Source: Bacteroidales bacterium
Lineage (GTDB): Bacteria > Bacteroidota > Bacteroidia > Bacteroidales > JAAYUG01
Length of the DNA stretch: 64,000 nt
Direction: 5' to 3'
NCBI GenBank assembly: GCA_012517825.1
Contig: JAAYUG010000137.1
Location: 2,941 to 66,940, forward strand
A program made the translations under genes and the position numbers. The stretch's first letter is position 1. Every line of letters starts with the position of its first letter. Positions 9,394 through 17,481 of the stretch are shown one piece after another. Under the pieces are notes generated by a model that had not been told where the DNA came from, made no database searches, and worked only from the letters and a program-made list of their open reading frames with translations.

Positions 9394-10113
9394 ATGAATA
9401 AGCAGGAAAACACTTACCCTCAAAAAAGGCAATTCCGTATTCCTTTCGGAGATCTTCAAATGACCATTGAAGAAACGGCCAGGGTAATGGGATATGAACC
9501 AAAGGACCTGGTTCCGCCAATTGATACTCTCCTTCAGGAAGCTCTAAAACAAGCCGGGTCGCTTATACAAATCGAAGGCGGCCTTCTTCTGTACGATGTT
9601 ATTATGGACGAAACCACAAAGTCGTTGCTGATCAATGGCAACCAGCTCCGGGTCAAAGCTAAGATATTCCGCGAACTGAAAGGGTCGGAAAAAATAGCTG
9701 TCTTCCTGTGTACGGCAGGGAATAAAATCGGTGAAATATCAAAGGAGCACATGCAGAACGGAAATCTGCTGGAAGGATATATTTATGACACAATTGGTTC
9801 CGCGGCAGTTGAAAAGGCAATGGATATGATTCAGGAATCGTTCCGTAAAGAAATGAAAGCAATGGGCTACGAAATCACCAACCGCTACAGCCCAGGTTAT
9901 TGCGGGTGGGAAACTGCCGGGCAGTTCGACCTTTTCCGCCTCTTCCCGTCCGGATTCTGCCACGTCACACTGAATGACTCTGCCCTGATGAATCCGATCA
10001 AGACGGTCAGCGGAGTAATCGGTATTGGCAAAAACGTTGTTTACAACGATTATAACTGCGATTTGTGTGAACTTGTCACCTGCATCTACCGCAAAACAAA
10101 AGATATCAGATAA
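9394..10113 (+). CDS. Stand-alone methionine-synthase (MetH) activation-domain-like protein
   Basis: C-terminal ..YSPGYCGWETAGQFDLFRLFP...MNPIKTVSGVIGIG.. resembles the Met_synt_B12 activation domain. The ORF-track start (9334) lies right after the terminator, so ATG 9394 (MNKQEN) or ATG 9460 (MTIEET) is more likely. Confidence 0.65.
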   Translation: MNKQENTYPQKRQFRIPFGDLQMTIEETARVMGYEPKDLVPPIDTLLQEALKQAGSLIQIEGGLLLYDVIMDETTKSLLINGNQLRVKAKIFRELKGSEKIAVFLCTAGNKIGEISKEHMQNGNLLEGYIYDTIGSAAVEKAMDMIQESFRKEMKAMGYEITNRYSPGYCGWETAGQFDLFRLFPSGFCHVTLNDSALMNPIKTVSGVIGIGKNVVYNDYNCDLCELVTCIYRKTKDIR

Positions 10114-10116
10114 ACC

Positions 10117-11106
10117 ATGCGAAACAGCAGACTTATCATACTCCTCATTTTTTTACTGTTCCTCGCCCTGACTGTTTATAACCTTTTGCGCAACAGGTAC
10201 AGTACACTCGGGCCGGAAATGCAGAATCTTGCTCTGCCTGATCCGGCGAGAATCTCGGAAATCATTCTGCAGGGCCCTCTCTCCAGGCCTGAAAACTCTG
10301 TTGCATTGCACCTGGTGAAAAGAGATAATGAATGGTTTGTAAACGATTCAATACCTGCAAAACCAGGACTTGTCGTATCCTTTCTTCAGGCAGCAGCATC
10401 CATTTCCATTAAGGCTCCCCTGCCAGGCACAAAGGCCCGTGCAGTAAAAAAGAGGATGGAAAGCGAAGGGACACAGGCCATCTTCCTGGCAGGGAAAAGC
10501 CCTGTCAGGCATTACTTTGTGGTTTCCGATACCGAAGGTTCCTACATCCTTCAGAAAGGACATGGCAAACCTGTATCATTTGTAATCCCTGGTTTCCCGG
10601 GAAACCCTGCCGGAATTTTTACTGCACAAACTGATTTCTGGGAAGACGTAGCCCTGCATCCGTTATCTGCGGGAGATTTAAAGGAAGTAAGGCTGCAATA
10701 TGCTGACAAACCAAACCTTTCGTTTTCCTTAAATAAAACAGGCCCTTCTGCCTGGTCTCTCACTGATTTTCAGGGTATGGTCAGAAAGATACCGGATAAA
10801 TCGCTAACTTTAAAGGATTTTCTGATTTCTCTCCGAAGGATCGCCGGAACCATACCAAACGATTCATCCATGACAAAAGCAATTGAATTGTCACTGAATC
10901 AGGAACCTTTTGCTGTCCTCACAACGGTTTGTACTCCGGATTCCGTAACAGTGGCATTTTACAGGTACCTGAGCGGAACCCCCGGTTCGGTCAGGCCGGA
11001 TCCCTACCTCTGCATCGCCAGAAGCAGCCGCGACCGTTACATATTACTGGTTAAATACACTGATCTCGACAACCTCCTAATGGAACCTTCTGATTTTCTG
11101 GAATAA
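10117..11106 (+). CDS. Membrane-anchored hypothetical protein (DUF4340-like)
   Basis: 329 aa with an N-terminal TM (LIILLIFLLFLALTVY). The pattern ..W.VND..PAK......L.....I.IKAP.. recalls DUF4340. Starts 4 nt after the preceding stop. Confidence 0.5.
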   Translation: MRNSRLIILLIFLLFLALTVYNLLRNRYSTLGPEMQNLALPDPARISEIILQGPLSRPENSVALHLVKRDNEWFVNDSIPAKPGLVVSFLQAAASISIKAPLPGTKARAVKKRMESEGTQAIFLAGKSPVRHYFVVSDTEGSYILQKGHGKPVSFVIPGFPGNPAGIFTAQTDFWEDVALHPLSAGDLKEVRLQYADKPNLSFSLNKTGPSAWSLTDFQGMVRKIPDKSLTLKDFLISLRRIAGTIPNDSSMTKAIELSLNQEPFAVLTTVCTPDSVTVAFYRYLSGTPGSVRPDPYLCIARSSRDRYILLVKYTDLDNLLMEPSDFLE

Positions 11107-11276
11107 TAAGGTTACGTCCATAACCTTTGACAATACCAACAAAACCTGGCAGATGTTTCGAATTTTTTTTCTTATTGATTTGCCGTTCCCTATTTTTTTG
11201 TAATATTGACTCCCCGTCTCAGGGGGGATACTGACAGAATTGTAATTTGATTTTGAACAGATTAACATAAACGCTT

Positions 11277-12404
11277 ATGAAATTTATTGTTTCAAGTAAC
11301 CAGTTGCATAACCATCTTCAGGCTATCAGCCGGGTTATTGCGTCAAAGAACACGTTGGCCATACTGGATGATTTCCTTTTTACCCTGAAAGACAATCATT
11401 TACAAATTACCGCTTCCGATCTTGAATCAACAGCCATAACAGGGTTGCAGCTTGAAAATGCTGCCGAAAGCGGAAGCATAGCCATTCCCGCCAAGATTTT
11501 GCTCGATACACTGAAAGAATTTCCCGAACAGCCACTGAACTTTGACATCAATCCTTCTACCCTGACAGTGGAAATCCGTTCAGCCAACGGTAAATTTTCC
11601 ATTGCCGGTCAGGATAGCGCCGATTTTCCCGTTTTGCCATCCCTGAAGCCTGAACAGAAGCAGGCCATTACCCTTCCTGCCGAAGCCCTGTTTTCGGGTA
11701 TTTCCAAAACACTTTTTGCCGTGGGCGATGATGAACTGAGGCCCATTATGAACGGTATTTTTGTTGAAATTGAACCCGAAGCCGTTACTTTCGTATCCAG
11801 TGATTCGCACAAACTGGTCCGCTACAGAAGAACCGACATCAGGCCGGGAATAACCGGTTCGTTCGTTTTGCCCAAAAAGCCGGCCGGTCTTTTGAAAAAC
11901 ATACTCCCAAAAACTGATCAACCCACTGTACTGGAATTCGATGAAAAGAATGCCTTTGTTACATTGTCTGATTACCAGCTTATTTCGAGGCTTATCGAAG
12001 GCACCTACCCGAATTACCATGCTGTTATTCCCCCCAATAATCCGAACAAACTGTTTATTGACCGACTGGAACTTTATAACAGCCTTCGCCGGGTTTCTGT
12101 GTTTTCAAACCAGGCAAGCAATCTCATCAAACTTCAGCTCACCGGCAATCAGTTGACCGTGTCTGCTCAGGATCTCGATTTCTCTGTTTCGGCTTATGAA
12201 ACACTTCCCTGCAGTTTTGAAGGAGACGATATGGAAATCGGTTTCAAGGCATCCTTCCTGATTGAAATCCTTTCAAACCTCACCTCGCAGGATGTAGTAT
12301 TTGAACTGGGCGATCCTTCGCGCGCCTGCCTTGTACTGCCGGCCACACACGATTCGGAAAATGAGGATATCCTTATGCTGATCATGCCGATGATGCTTGG
12401 TTAA
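11277..12404 (+). CDS. dnaN: DNA polymerase III beta sliding clamp
   Basis: 375 aa; MKFIVSSNQL...LAILDDFLF...LQITASDLE and a three-domain length typical of DnaN. Confidence 0.95.
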   Translation: MKFIVSSNQLHNHLQAISRVIASKNTLAILDDFLFTLKDNHLQITASDLESTAITGLQLENAAESGSIAIPAKILLDTLKEFPEQPLNFDINPSTLTVEIRSANGKFSIAGQDSADFPVLPSLKPEQKQAITLPAEALFSGISKTLFAVGDDELRPIMNGIFVEIEPEAVTFVSSDSHKLVRYRRTDIRPGITGSFVLPKKPAGLLKNILPKTDQPTVLEFDEKNAFVTLSDYQLISRLIEGTYPNYHAVIPPNNPNKLFIDRLELYNSLRRVSVFSNQASNLIKLQLTGNQLTVSAQDLDFSVSAYETLPCSFEGDDMEIGFKASFLIEILSNLTSQDVVFELGDPSRACLVLPATHDSENEDILMLIMPMMLG

Positions 12405-12474
12405 ATCAGGTGAGCCAATTCCTGCCGGTATGGCCCGGAATCTCATTCTTAGGACTTGTGCTAAAATTCTGCAT

Positions 12475-12518
12475 ATCAGCCGGTTGGTACCATCTGCCAG
12501 CCGGCTGATCAATTTTGT
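12475..12518 (+). terminator. Possible dnaN terminator hairpin
   Basis: ATCAGCCGG (12475-12483) / CCGGCTGAT (12501-12509), a 9-bp stem with a 17-nt loop, followed by CAATTTTGT. The T tract is weak. Confidence 0.3.
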
Positions 12519-12675
12519 CAGGAGCTGATGTATCCAACGAATTGAAAAGTACTTTGAAAACAGCCGGATTCATTGATCAAACCTTTTATGTCTGAAAATT
12601 ATCCCGATTTGTCCTGAAATCTTTTTCGCCCCTCCCGATTTTACTACCTTTACAAACGGATGAAAAAAACCTGTT

Positions 12676-13482
12676 ATGAAGCTAAATCTTAAAAACCCTC
12701 TTGTTTTCATTGACCTTGAAACCACCGGCGTAAACATTTCCCGCGACCGGATAGTGGAAGTATCGATCCTCAAAGTTTATCCCGATGGCAGGGAAGAAAG
12801 CAAAACATGGAGGGTGAATCCCCAGATGCCCATTGACCCTAAAGCGACGGCCGTGCACGGTATCACCAACGAAGATGTTAAAGATGCTCCAACGTTCAAA
12901 GAAATTGCAAAAACTCTTGCCAATATTCTCGAAGGCTGTGATCTTGCCGGTTTCAATCTGAACAAATTTGATATTCCCCTGCTGGTGGAAGAATTCCTGC
13001 GTGCCGATGTGGAATTTGACCCCAGAAAAAGAAGAATCATTGACGTGCATGTTATTTTTCAGAAGATGGAACAACGAACGCTCTCGGCAGCTTACAGGTT
13101 TTACTGCAACAAGGAGCTGGAAAACGCCCATTCGGCCGAGGCCGATGTACGGGCTACCTATGAAGTTCTTATGGCCCAGCTCGACCGCTACCAGGGGGCT
13201 GTTTATCAGGATCCTTACGGAGAAACAAGCATTCCGGTTGTCAACGATACCGAACAACTCGCCCGTTTTTCTTCCCACACAACCAATGCCGATTACGCAG
13301 GACGCATCATTTACGATGAAAAGGGAGTGGAACGATTCAACTTCGGAAAATACAAGGGAATGAGTGTGGAGGAAGTGCTGGAAAAAGATCCTGCTTATTA
13401 CGGATGGATGATGAACGGAGATTTTCCTTCCTATACAAAGAAAATTCTTACTGCCATCAAACTGAGGAAAATGAAAAAGTAA
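12676..13482 (+). CDS. DEDDh 3'-5' exonuclease (DnaQ/epsilon-like)
   Basis: Exo motifs FIDLETTG, HGITNEDV and HSAEADVRATYEVL; 268 aa. Confidence 0.85.
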   Translation: MKLNLKNPLVFIDLETTGVNISRDRIVEVSILKVYPDGREESKTWRVNPQMPIDPKATAVHGITNEDVKDAPTFKEIAKTLANILEGCDLAGFNLNKFDIPLLVEEFLRADVEFDPRKRRIIDVHVIFQKMEQRTLSAAYRFYCNKELENAHSAEADVRATYEVLMAQLDRYQGAVYQDPYGETSIPVVNDTEQLARFSSHTTNADYAGRIIYDEKGVERFNFGKYKGMSVEEVLEKDPAYYGWMMNGDFPSYTKKILTAIKLRKMKK

Positions 13483-13489
13483 TACCGTA

Positions 13490-14101
13490 ATGAAAATCAT
13501 CTGTATAGGCCGCAACTATGCGGAACATGCAAAGGAACTGAACAATCCCGTCCCTTCAGAACCTGTGTTTTTTCTCAAACCTGATACTTCACTGCTCGTC
13601 AACAACAAGCCTTTTTTCTACCCTCCCTTTTCAAATGAAATCCACTACGAAACAGAAATAGTATTGCGCATTTGCCGCGTCGGCAGGTTTATAGCGCCCC
13701 GGTTCGCACATCGATATTATAAGGAAATAGGTATCGGAATTGATTTTACTGCCCGCGATCTCCAGCAGAAAGCCAAAGAAAAAGGCCTTCCGTGGGAAAT
13801 GGCAAAGGCCTTCGAAGGATCAGCCCCGGTGAGTTCCTTTATTCCTCTTGCCAATATCCCTGATCCAAAAAGAATTTCGTTCCGTCTCGAAATCAATGGA
13901 AAAACCGTTCAGCAGGGCAATACCTCTGACATGTTGTTCGGTTTTGATGAACTGATTGCCTACGTATCCAGGTTTTTTACCCTTAAGACCGGCGATCTCC
14001 TTTTTACCGGCACCCCTCCCGGAGTCGGTCCTGTTCAGAAAGAAGACCGTCTGCAGGCCTTTCTGGAAGACAAACTGATGCTGAACTTCAGGATCATTTA
14101 A
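13490..14101 (+). CDS. Fumarylacetoacetate hydrolase (FAH) family protein
   Basis: MKIICIGRNYAEHAKEL...PVFFLKP...GDLLFTGTPPGVG, a typical FAH/YcgM-like protein of 203 aa. Confidence 0.9.
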   Translation: MKIICIGRNYAEHAKELNNPVPSEPVFFLKPDTSLLVNNKPFFYPPFSNEIHYETEIVLRICRVGRFIAPRFAHRYYKEIGIGIDFTARDLQQKAKEKGLPWEMAKAFEGSAPVSSFIPLANIPDPKRISFRLEINGKTVQQGNTSDMLFGFDELIAYVSRFFTLKTGDLLFTGTPPGVGPVQKEDRLQAFLEDKLMLNFRII

Positions 14102-14168
14102 CAACATATCGTTTTAAAAAATAAAATCATAAAAATGTAATAACTTTGTAAGCACAAATGTACTTTAT

Positions 14169-14414
14169 ATGGACGTCGCTGTCATAAAAATTGGTAATTC
14201 GAAAGGGATAAGATTGAGTAAGACAATCCTGGAAAAATATGATATCAAGGATGTTTTAGAAGTTATCCTCGAAAAAGATCATATTGTTCTTAAACCTAAG
14301 GCAAAACCAAGGAAAGGATGGGATAAAGCCTTTAAAAAAATGCATGACAATGGCGATGATAAATTAATTGTGCCGGATGTTTTTCATGACGAAGATCACG
14401 AAGAATGGAAATAA
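14169..14414 (+). CDS. mazE: AbrB/MazE/SpoVT-family antitoxin
   Basis: N-terminal swapped-hairpin motif VIKIGNSKGIRLSKTILEKY and an acidic C-terminal tail. Overlaps the toxin gene by 10 nt. Confidence 0.85.
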   Translation: MDVAVIKIGNSKGIRLSKTILEKYDIKDVLEVILEKDHIVLKPKAKPRKGWDKAFKKMHDNGDDKLIVPDVFHDEDHEEWK

Positions 14415-14728
14415 AGCAATATCAGATAGTATTGGTCAATCTGGATCCAACCATCGGAAGTGAGATTAAGAAAACCCGGCCATGCGTAGTCATTTCACCG
14501 GATGAAATCAATAACAACCTGAACACTATTGTAATTGCACCGATGACTACCAAGTCAAAGAATTACCCCACTCGCATCAAGATCAAACACAACAAGAAAG
14601 AAGGATGGATAGCAATTGATCAAATCAGGACCATTGACAAGGTTCGTGTCGTAAAATCATTTGAGAAACTTTCAGGTAAAGAGATTATCAGGATAAAAGA
14701 GATTATTAAAGAAACATTTGTTGATTAA
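14405..14728 (+). CDS. mazF: MazF/PemK-family mRNA interferase toxin
   Basis: 107 aa; ..IVLVNLDPTIGSEIKKTRPCVVISPDE...VIAPMTT... is the typical PemK/MazF core. Confidence 0.9.
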   Translation: MEIKQYQIVLVNLDPTIGSEIKKTRPCVVISPDEINNNLNTIVIAPMTTKSKNYPTRIKIKHNKKEGWIAIDQIRTIDKVRVVKSFEKLSGKEIIRIKEIIKETFVD

Positions 14729-14744
14729 TCCCAATCCCTTATTC

Positions 14745-15560
14745 TTAGGGCAGAGTATTTTTGAAATCCTGATAGCGCGACTGGAATAATTCTCCGCTTT
14801 TGCCTCCCAGGCTTTGCCACACTTTATTAATAGCGTCCACCCTGTTGCCCGGATCAGGATGGGTACTCAAAAATGCCGGCGGACGAGGGGCATTACCCAT
14901 TTTTATGAAGAAATCCCCAAGGGCCGGTGCATGATAATCGGTAGCGTATAAATACTTTACTGCATATTCATCCGCCTCGTATTCATGCTGCCGGCTGAAG
15001 GCAAGAGTAGACAAACCACTGGCCAGACCTGCTACCAGTTGTTCCAGCTGGGTTGGGTTGTTGCCCAGAAGAATACCCAGCAGAATCTGAATACCATACA
15101 CCTTGGTCAGCTGATCGGTGGAATGCCGCCGGTCGGCATGTGCCATCTCATGCGCCATTACACCGGCTAACTGGGCTTCGTTGTCAAGAAATTTAATGAT
15201 CCCTGTATAAAAATACATATACCCGCCCGGACAGGCAAAAGCATTCAGCACCGAATCGTTTTTAATAATGTACACTTCCCAGGCAAACCGGTCTTTGTAT
15301 TTCAGCTTTCCTGAAGCAAGAATGTTGTCCCGAATACGCTCAATATGCTGATAGGCCGCAGAATACTGTGTCCTGTCGAGCAAGGGATATTCATCAGGCT
15401 TCGAGGCAATTTCCTGTTTCATCTGCTGTCCCAGTTCAATATCCTGATCAACAGTAAACAGATTGATGCTTTTATCATCCTTTGAACAGGAAAACAGTAA
15501 AACCAGAGCAAAAGGCATCACCAGAGCCTTCCTTACCATTCTGCCAACAGAGGTTTTCAT
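14745..15560 (-). CDS. M48-family zinc metalloprotease, lipoprotein
   Basis: HEMAH zinc motif (VMAHEMAHADRRH) and a lipobox-like signal (ALVLLFSCSKDD). Start moved to ATG 15560 (MKTSVGRM), which removes the overlap with the upstream aminotransferase. Confidence 0.85.
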   Translation of the reverse strand: MKTSVGRMVRKALVMPFALVLLFSCSKDDKSINLFTVDQDIELGQQMKQEIASKPDEYPLLDRTQYSAAYQHIERIRDNILASGKLKYKDRFAWEVYIIKNDSVLNAFACPGGYMYFYTGIIKFLDNEAQLAGVMAHEMAHADRRHSTDQLTKVYGIQILLGILLGNNPTQLEQLVAGLASGLSTLAFSRQHEYEADEYAVKYLYATDYHAPALGDFFIKMGNAPRPPAFLSTHPDPGNRVDAINKVWQSLGGKSGELFQSRYQDFKNTLP

Positions 15561-15597
15561 GGTATAATTTTTTAAGCATAAGTAAGACAAGTAAGAA

Positions 15598-16791
15598 TCA
15601 CTGCAGCAGGGCAAGAGCTTCCTTCATCCGGCGCATTGCCTCCGAAATCTTCTCATCGGATGTTGCGTAGGAAATCCGTATGCAGGTATCTTCTCCGAAT
15701 GCACTCCCAGGCACCGTGGCAATATGTCCCTGATCAAGGAGAAAAAGAGACATATCGTCTGAATTTTTAATTACAAATCCGTTGTATTGTTTTCCGTAGA
15801 AGGCACTTACATCAGGGAAAATATAAAACGCACCATCCGGGACAGCAAGCCGGATGCCCGGAATTTGGTTTGCCAGTGCAACAATCAGCTTCTTTCGCCT
15901 TTCAAATGCCTGGCGCATATTTTCCACCACCTGCGGATCACCGTCGAGGGCAGCAATGGAAGCACGCTGTGCAATGGATGAGGCGCCGGTAGTAAATTGT
16001 CCCTGCAGATTTATGCATGCTTTAACGATCCAGGGGGCTGCCGCCATGTAACCAATGCGCCAGCCTGTCATGGCATAGGCTTTTGAAACACCGTTGACCG
16101 TAATGACCCTTTCTTTGAGGCCTTCAAACTGCGCCATGCTGACATGCCGGCCAACAAAATTGATGTGTTCATAGATCTCATCAGCAATAACAAACACCCG
16201 GGGATGCCTGCGCAAAACATCAGCAAGAGTTGACATTTCCTGATAGCTATAAACACTACCCGTAGGATTGGACGGGGAACAAAGAATCAATGCCTTTGTA
16301 CGCGGGGTGATAGCATTTTCGAGCATTTCAGCACTCATCTTGAAGTTGTCTTCCAGACGCGTTTTCACAATGACATTGGTTCCCTCGGCAAGAGTTACCA
16401 GATCGGCATAGGAAACCCAATAGGGAGCAGGAATGATGACCTCGTCGCCCCTGTCGACAAGGCTCATTATGGTATTGGCAATAGCATGCTTGGCCCCGTT
16501 TGAAACCACAATTTCATCAGGCTTGTACTCCAGGTTGTTCTCGCGTTTCAATTTGCGCACAATGGCCTGCCTCAGTTCCAGGTAACCGGCAACAGGGGTA
16601 TAGAAGGAATAGTTTTCATCAATAGCCTTTTTGGCAGCTTCCTTCACATGATCCGGTGTATTGAAATCGGGTTCCCCCACACTCAGATTGATGATATCAA
16701 TTCCCTGAGCCTGCAGATCCTTTGTTTTCTGATTCATGGCCACGGTGGCCGACGGCTTAAGCCTGCGAAGACGTTCCGAAAGAAGTTCCAT
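15598..16791 (-). CDS. Class I PLP aminotransferase (aspartate aminotransferase-like)
   Basis: SVGEPDF, NPTGSVYS and the SKAYAMTGWRIGY (PLP-Lys) motifs. Start at ATG 16791 (MELLSERL); 16812 is the alternative. Confidence 0.9.
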   Translation of the reverse strand: MELLSERLRRLKPSATVAMNQKTKDLQAQGIDIINLSVGEPDFNTPDHVKEAAKKAIDENYSFYTPVAGYLELRQAIVRKLKRENNLEYKPDEIVVSNGAKHAIANTIMSLVDRGDEVIIPAPYWVSYADLVTLAEGTNVIVKTRLEDNFKMSAEMLENAITPRTKALILCSPSNPTGSVYSYQEMSTLADVLRRHPRVFVIADEIYEHINFVGRHVSMAQFEGLKERVITVNGVSKAYAMTGWRIGYMAAAPWIVKACINLQGQFTTGASSIAQRASIAALDGDPQVVENMRQAFERRKKLIVALANQIPGIRLAVPDGAFYIFPDVSAFYGKQYNGFVIKNSDDMSLFLLDQGHIATVPGSAFGEDTCIRISYATSDEKISEAMRRMKEALALLQ

Positions 16792-16911
16792 GGTGCCTGT
16801 TTTAAGATTCAACCGCTAAAAATAAGAAAAAAGTCCTGCTTCTGAAATCAATTTCCTCTATCAAATATCGTTTCAAAAAATGTAAGTTTGTACAATCAAA
16901 CCTTACCCACT

Positions 16912-17436
16912 ATGGCAAATGATATTCTGGAAATTCTTAAATACATTCTTCCCTCCCTGGTGGTTTTTGCCATGGCGCTCACCGTTATTCTGCTCTTCTT
17001 CCGGAATGAGGAAAAAAGAAGAAAGGCAGAAGTTTCGCTGAAAAATTACAAATTCATTACTCCTCTCCGACTGCAGGCTTACGAGCGCATTGTTCTTCTC
17101 CTGGAGCGCATTTCTCCCGAATCGCTGATAATGAGGGTTAACCGACCCGGTATGACAGCCCGGCAATTGCAGAGCGAACTGATCGCCAACATACGGGCAG
17201 AATTTGAACACAACCTTTCCCAGCAGATTTATATCAGCCCCGAAGCCTGGGAACTGGTAAAATCGGCACGAAGCAACCTGATTAAACTCATTAATTCGGC
17301 GGCCGACAACATTGAGCCGGACGGACCCTCCTTCAACCTGAGCAAAGCCATCCTGGAGGCTGTCATGAGCATGGATAAACAGCCCACCACCATTGCCATT
17401 GACTACATTAAAAGAGAAACAGAAAAACTGTTCTGA
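16912..17436 (+). CDS. Hypothetical membrane-anchored protein
   Basis: One N-terminal TM (ILPSLVVFAMALTVILLFF) followed by a helical soluble domain. The ORF-track start is TTG 16888, so ATG 16912 is preferred. No family recognised. Confidence 0.6.
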   Translation: MANDILEILKYILPSLVVFAMALTVILLFFRNEEKRRKAEVSLKNYKFITPLRLQAYERIVLLLERISPESLIMRVNRPGMTARQLQSELIANIRAEFEHNLSQQIYISPEAWELVKSARSNLIKLINSAADNIEPDGPSFNLSKAILEAVMSMDKQPTTIAIDYIKRETEKLF

Positions 17437-17481
17437 TCCATCCGGTTCTGAAAACCAACCTGAGCAGCTGATTTTAAAGAA

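Noticed and set aside
11107-12675. A replication origin next to dnaN.
   Set aside because: dnaA is not adjacent, and I found no cluster of DnaA boxes (TTATCCACA) in the flanking spacers. Only isolated partial matches occur elsewhere (for example about 59886 and 37289).
12682-13515. A 277-aa ORF on the minus strand, almost exactly co-extensive with the 268-aa exonuclease gene (12676-13482, +).
   Set aside because: Its codons occupy the same triplets as the sense gene (in-phase antisense frame). It stays open simply because the sense gene avoids TTA, CTA and TCA codons. Its product is low-complexity with no recognisable motif, whereas the sense product has clear DEDDh exonuclease motifs. This is a shadow ORF.
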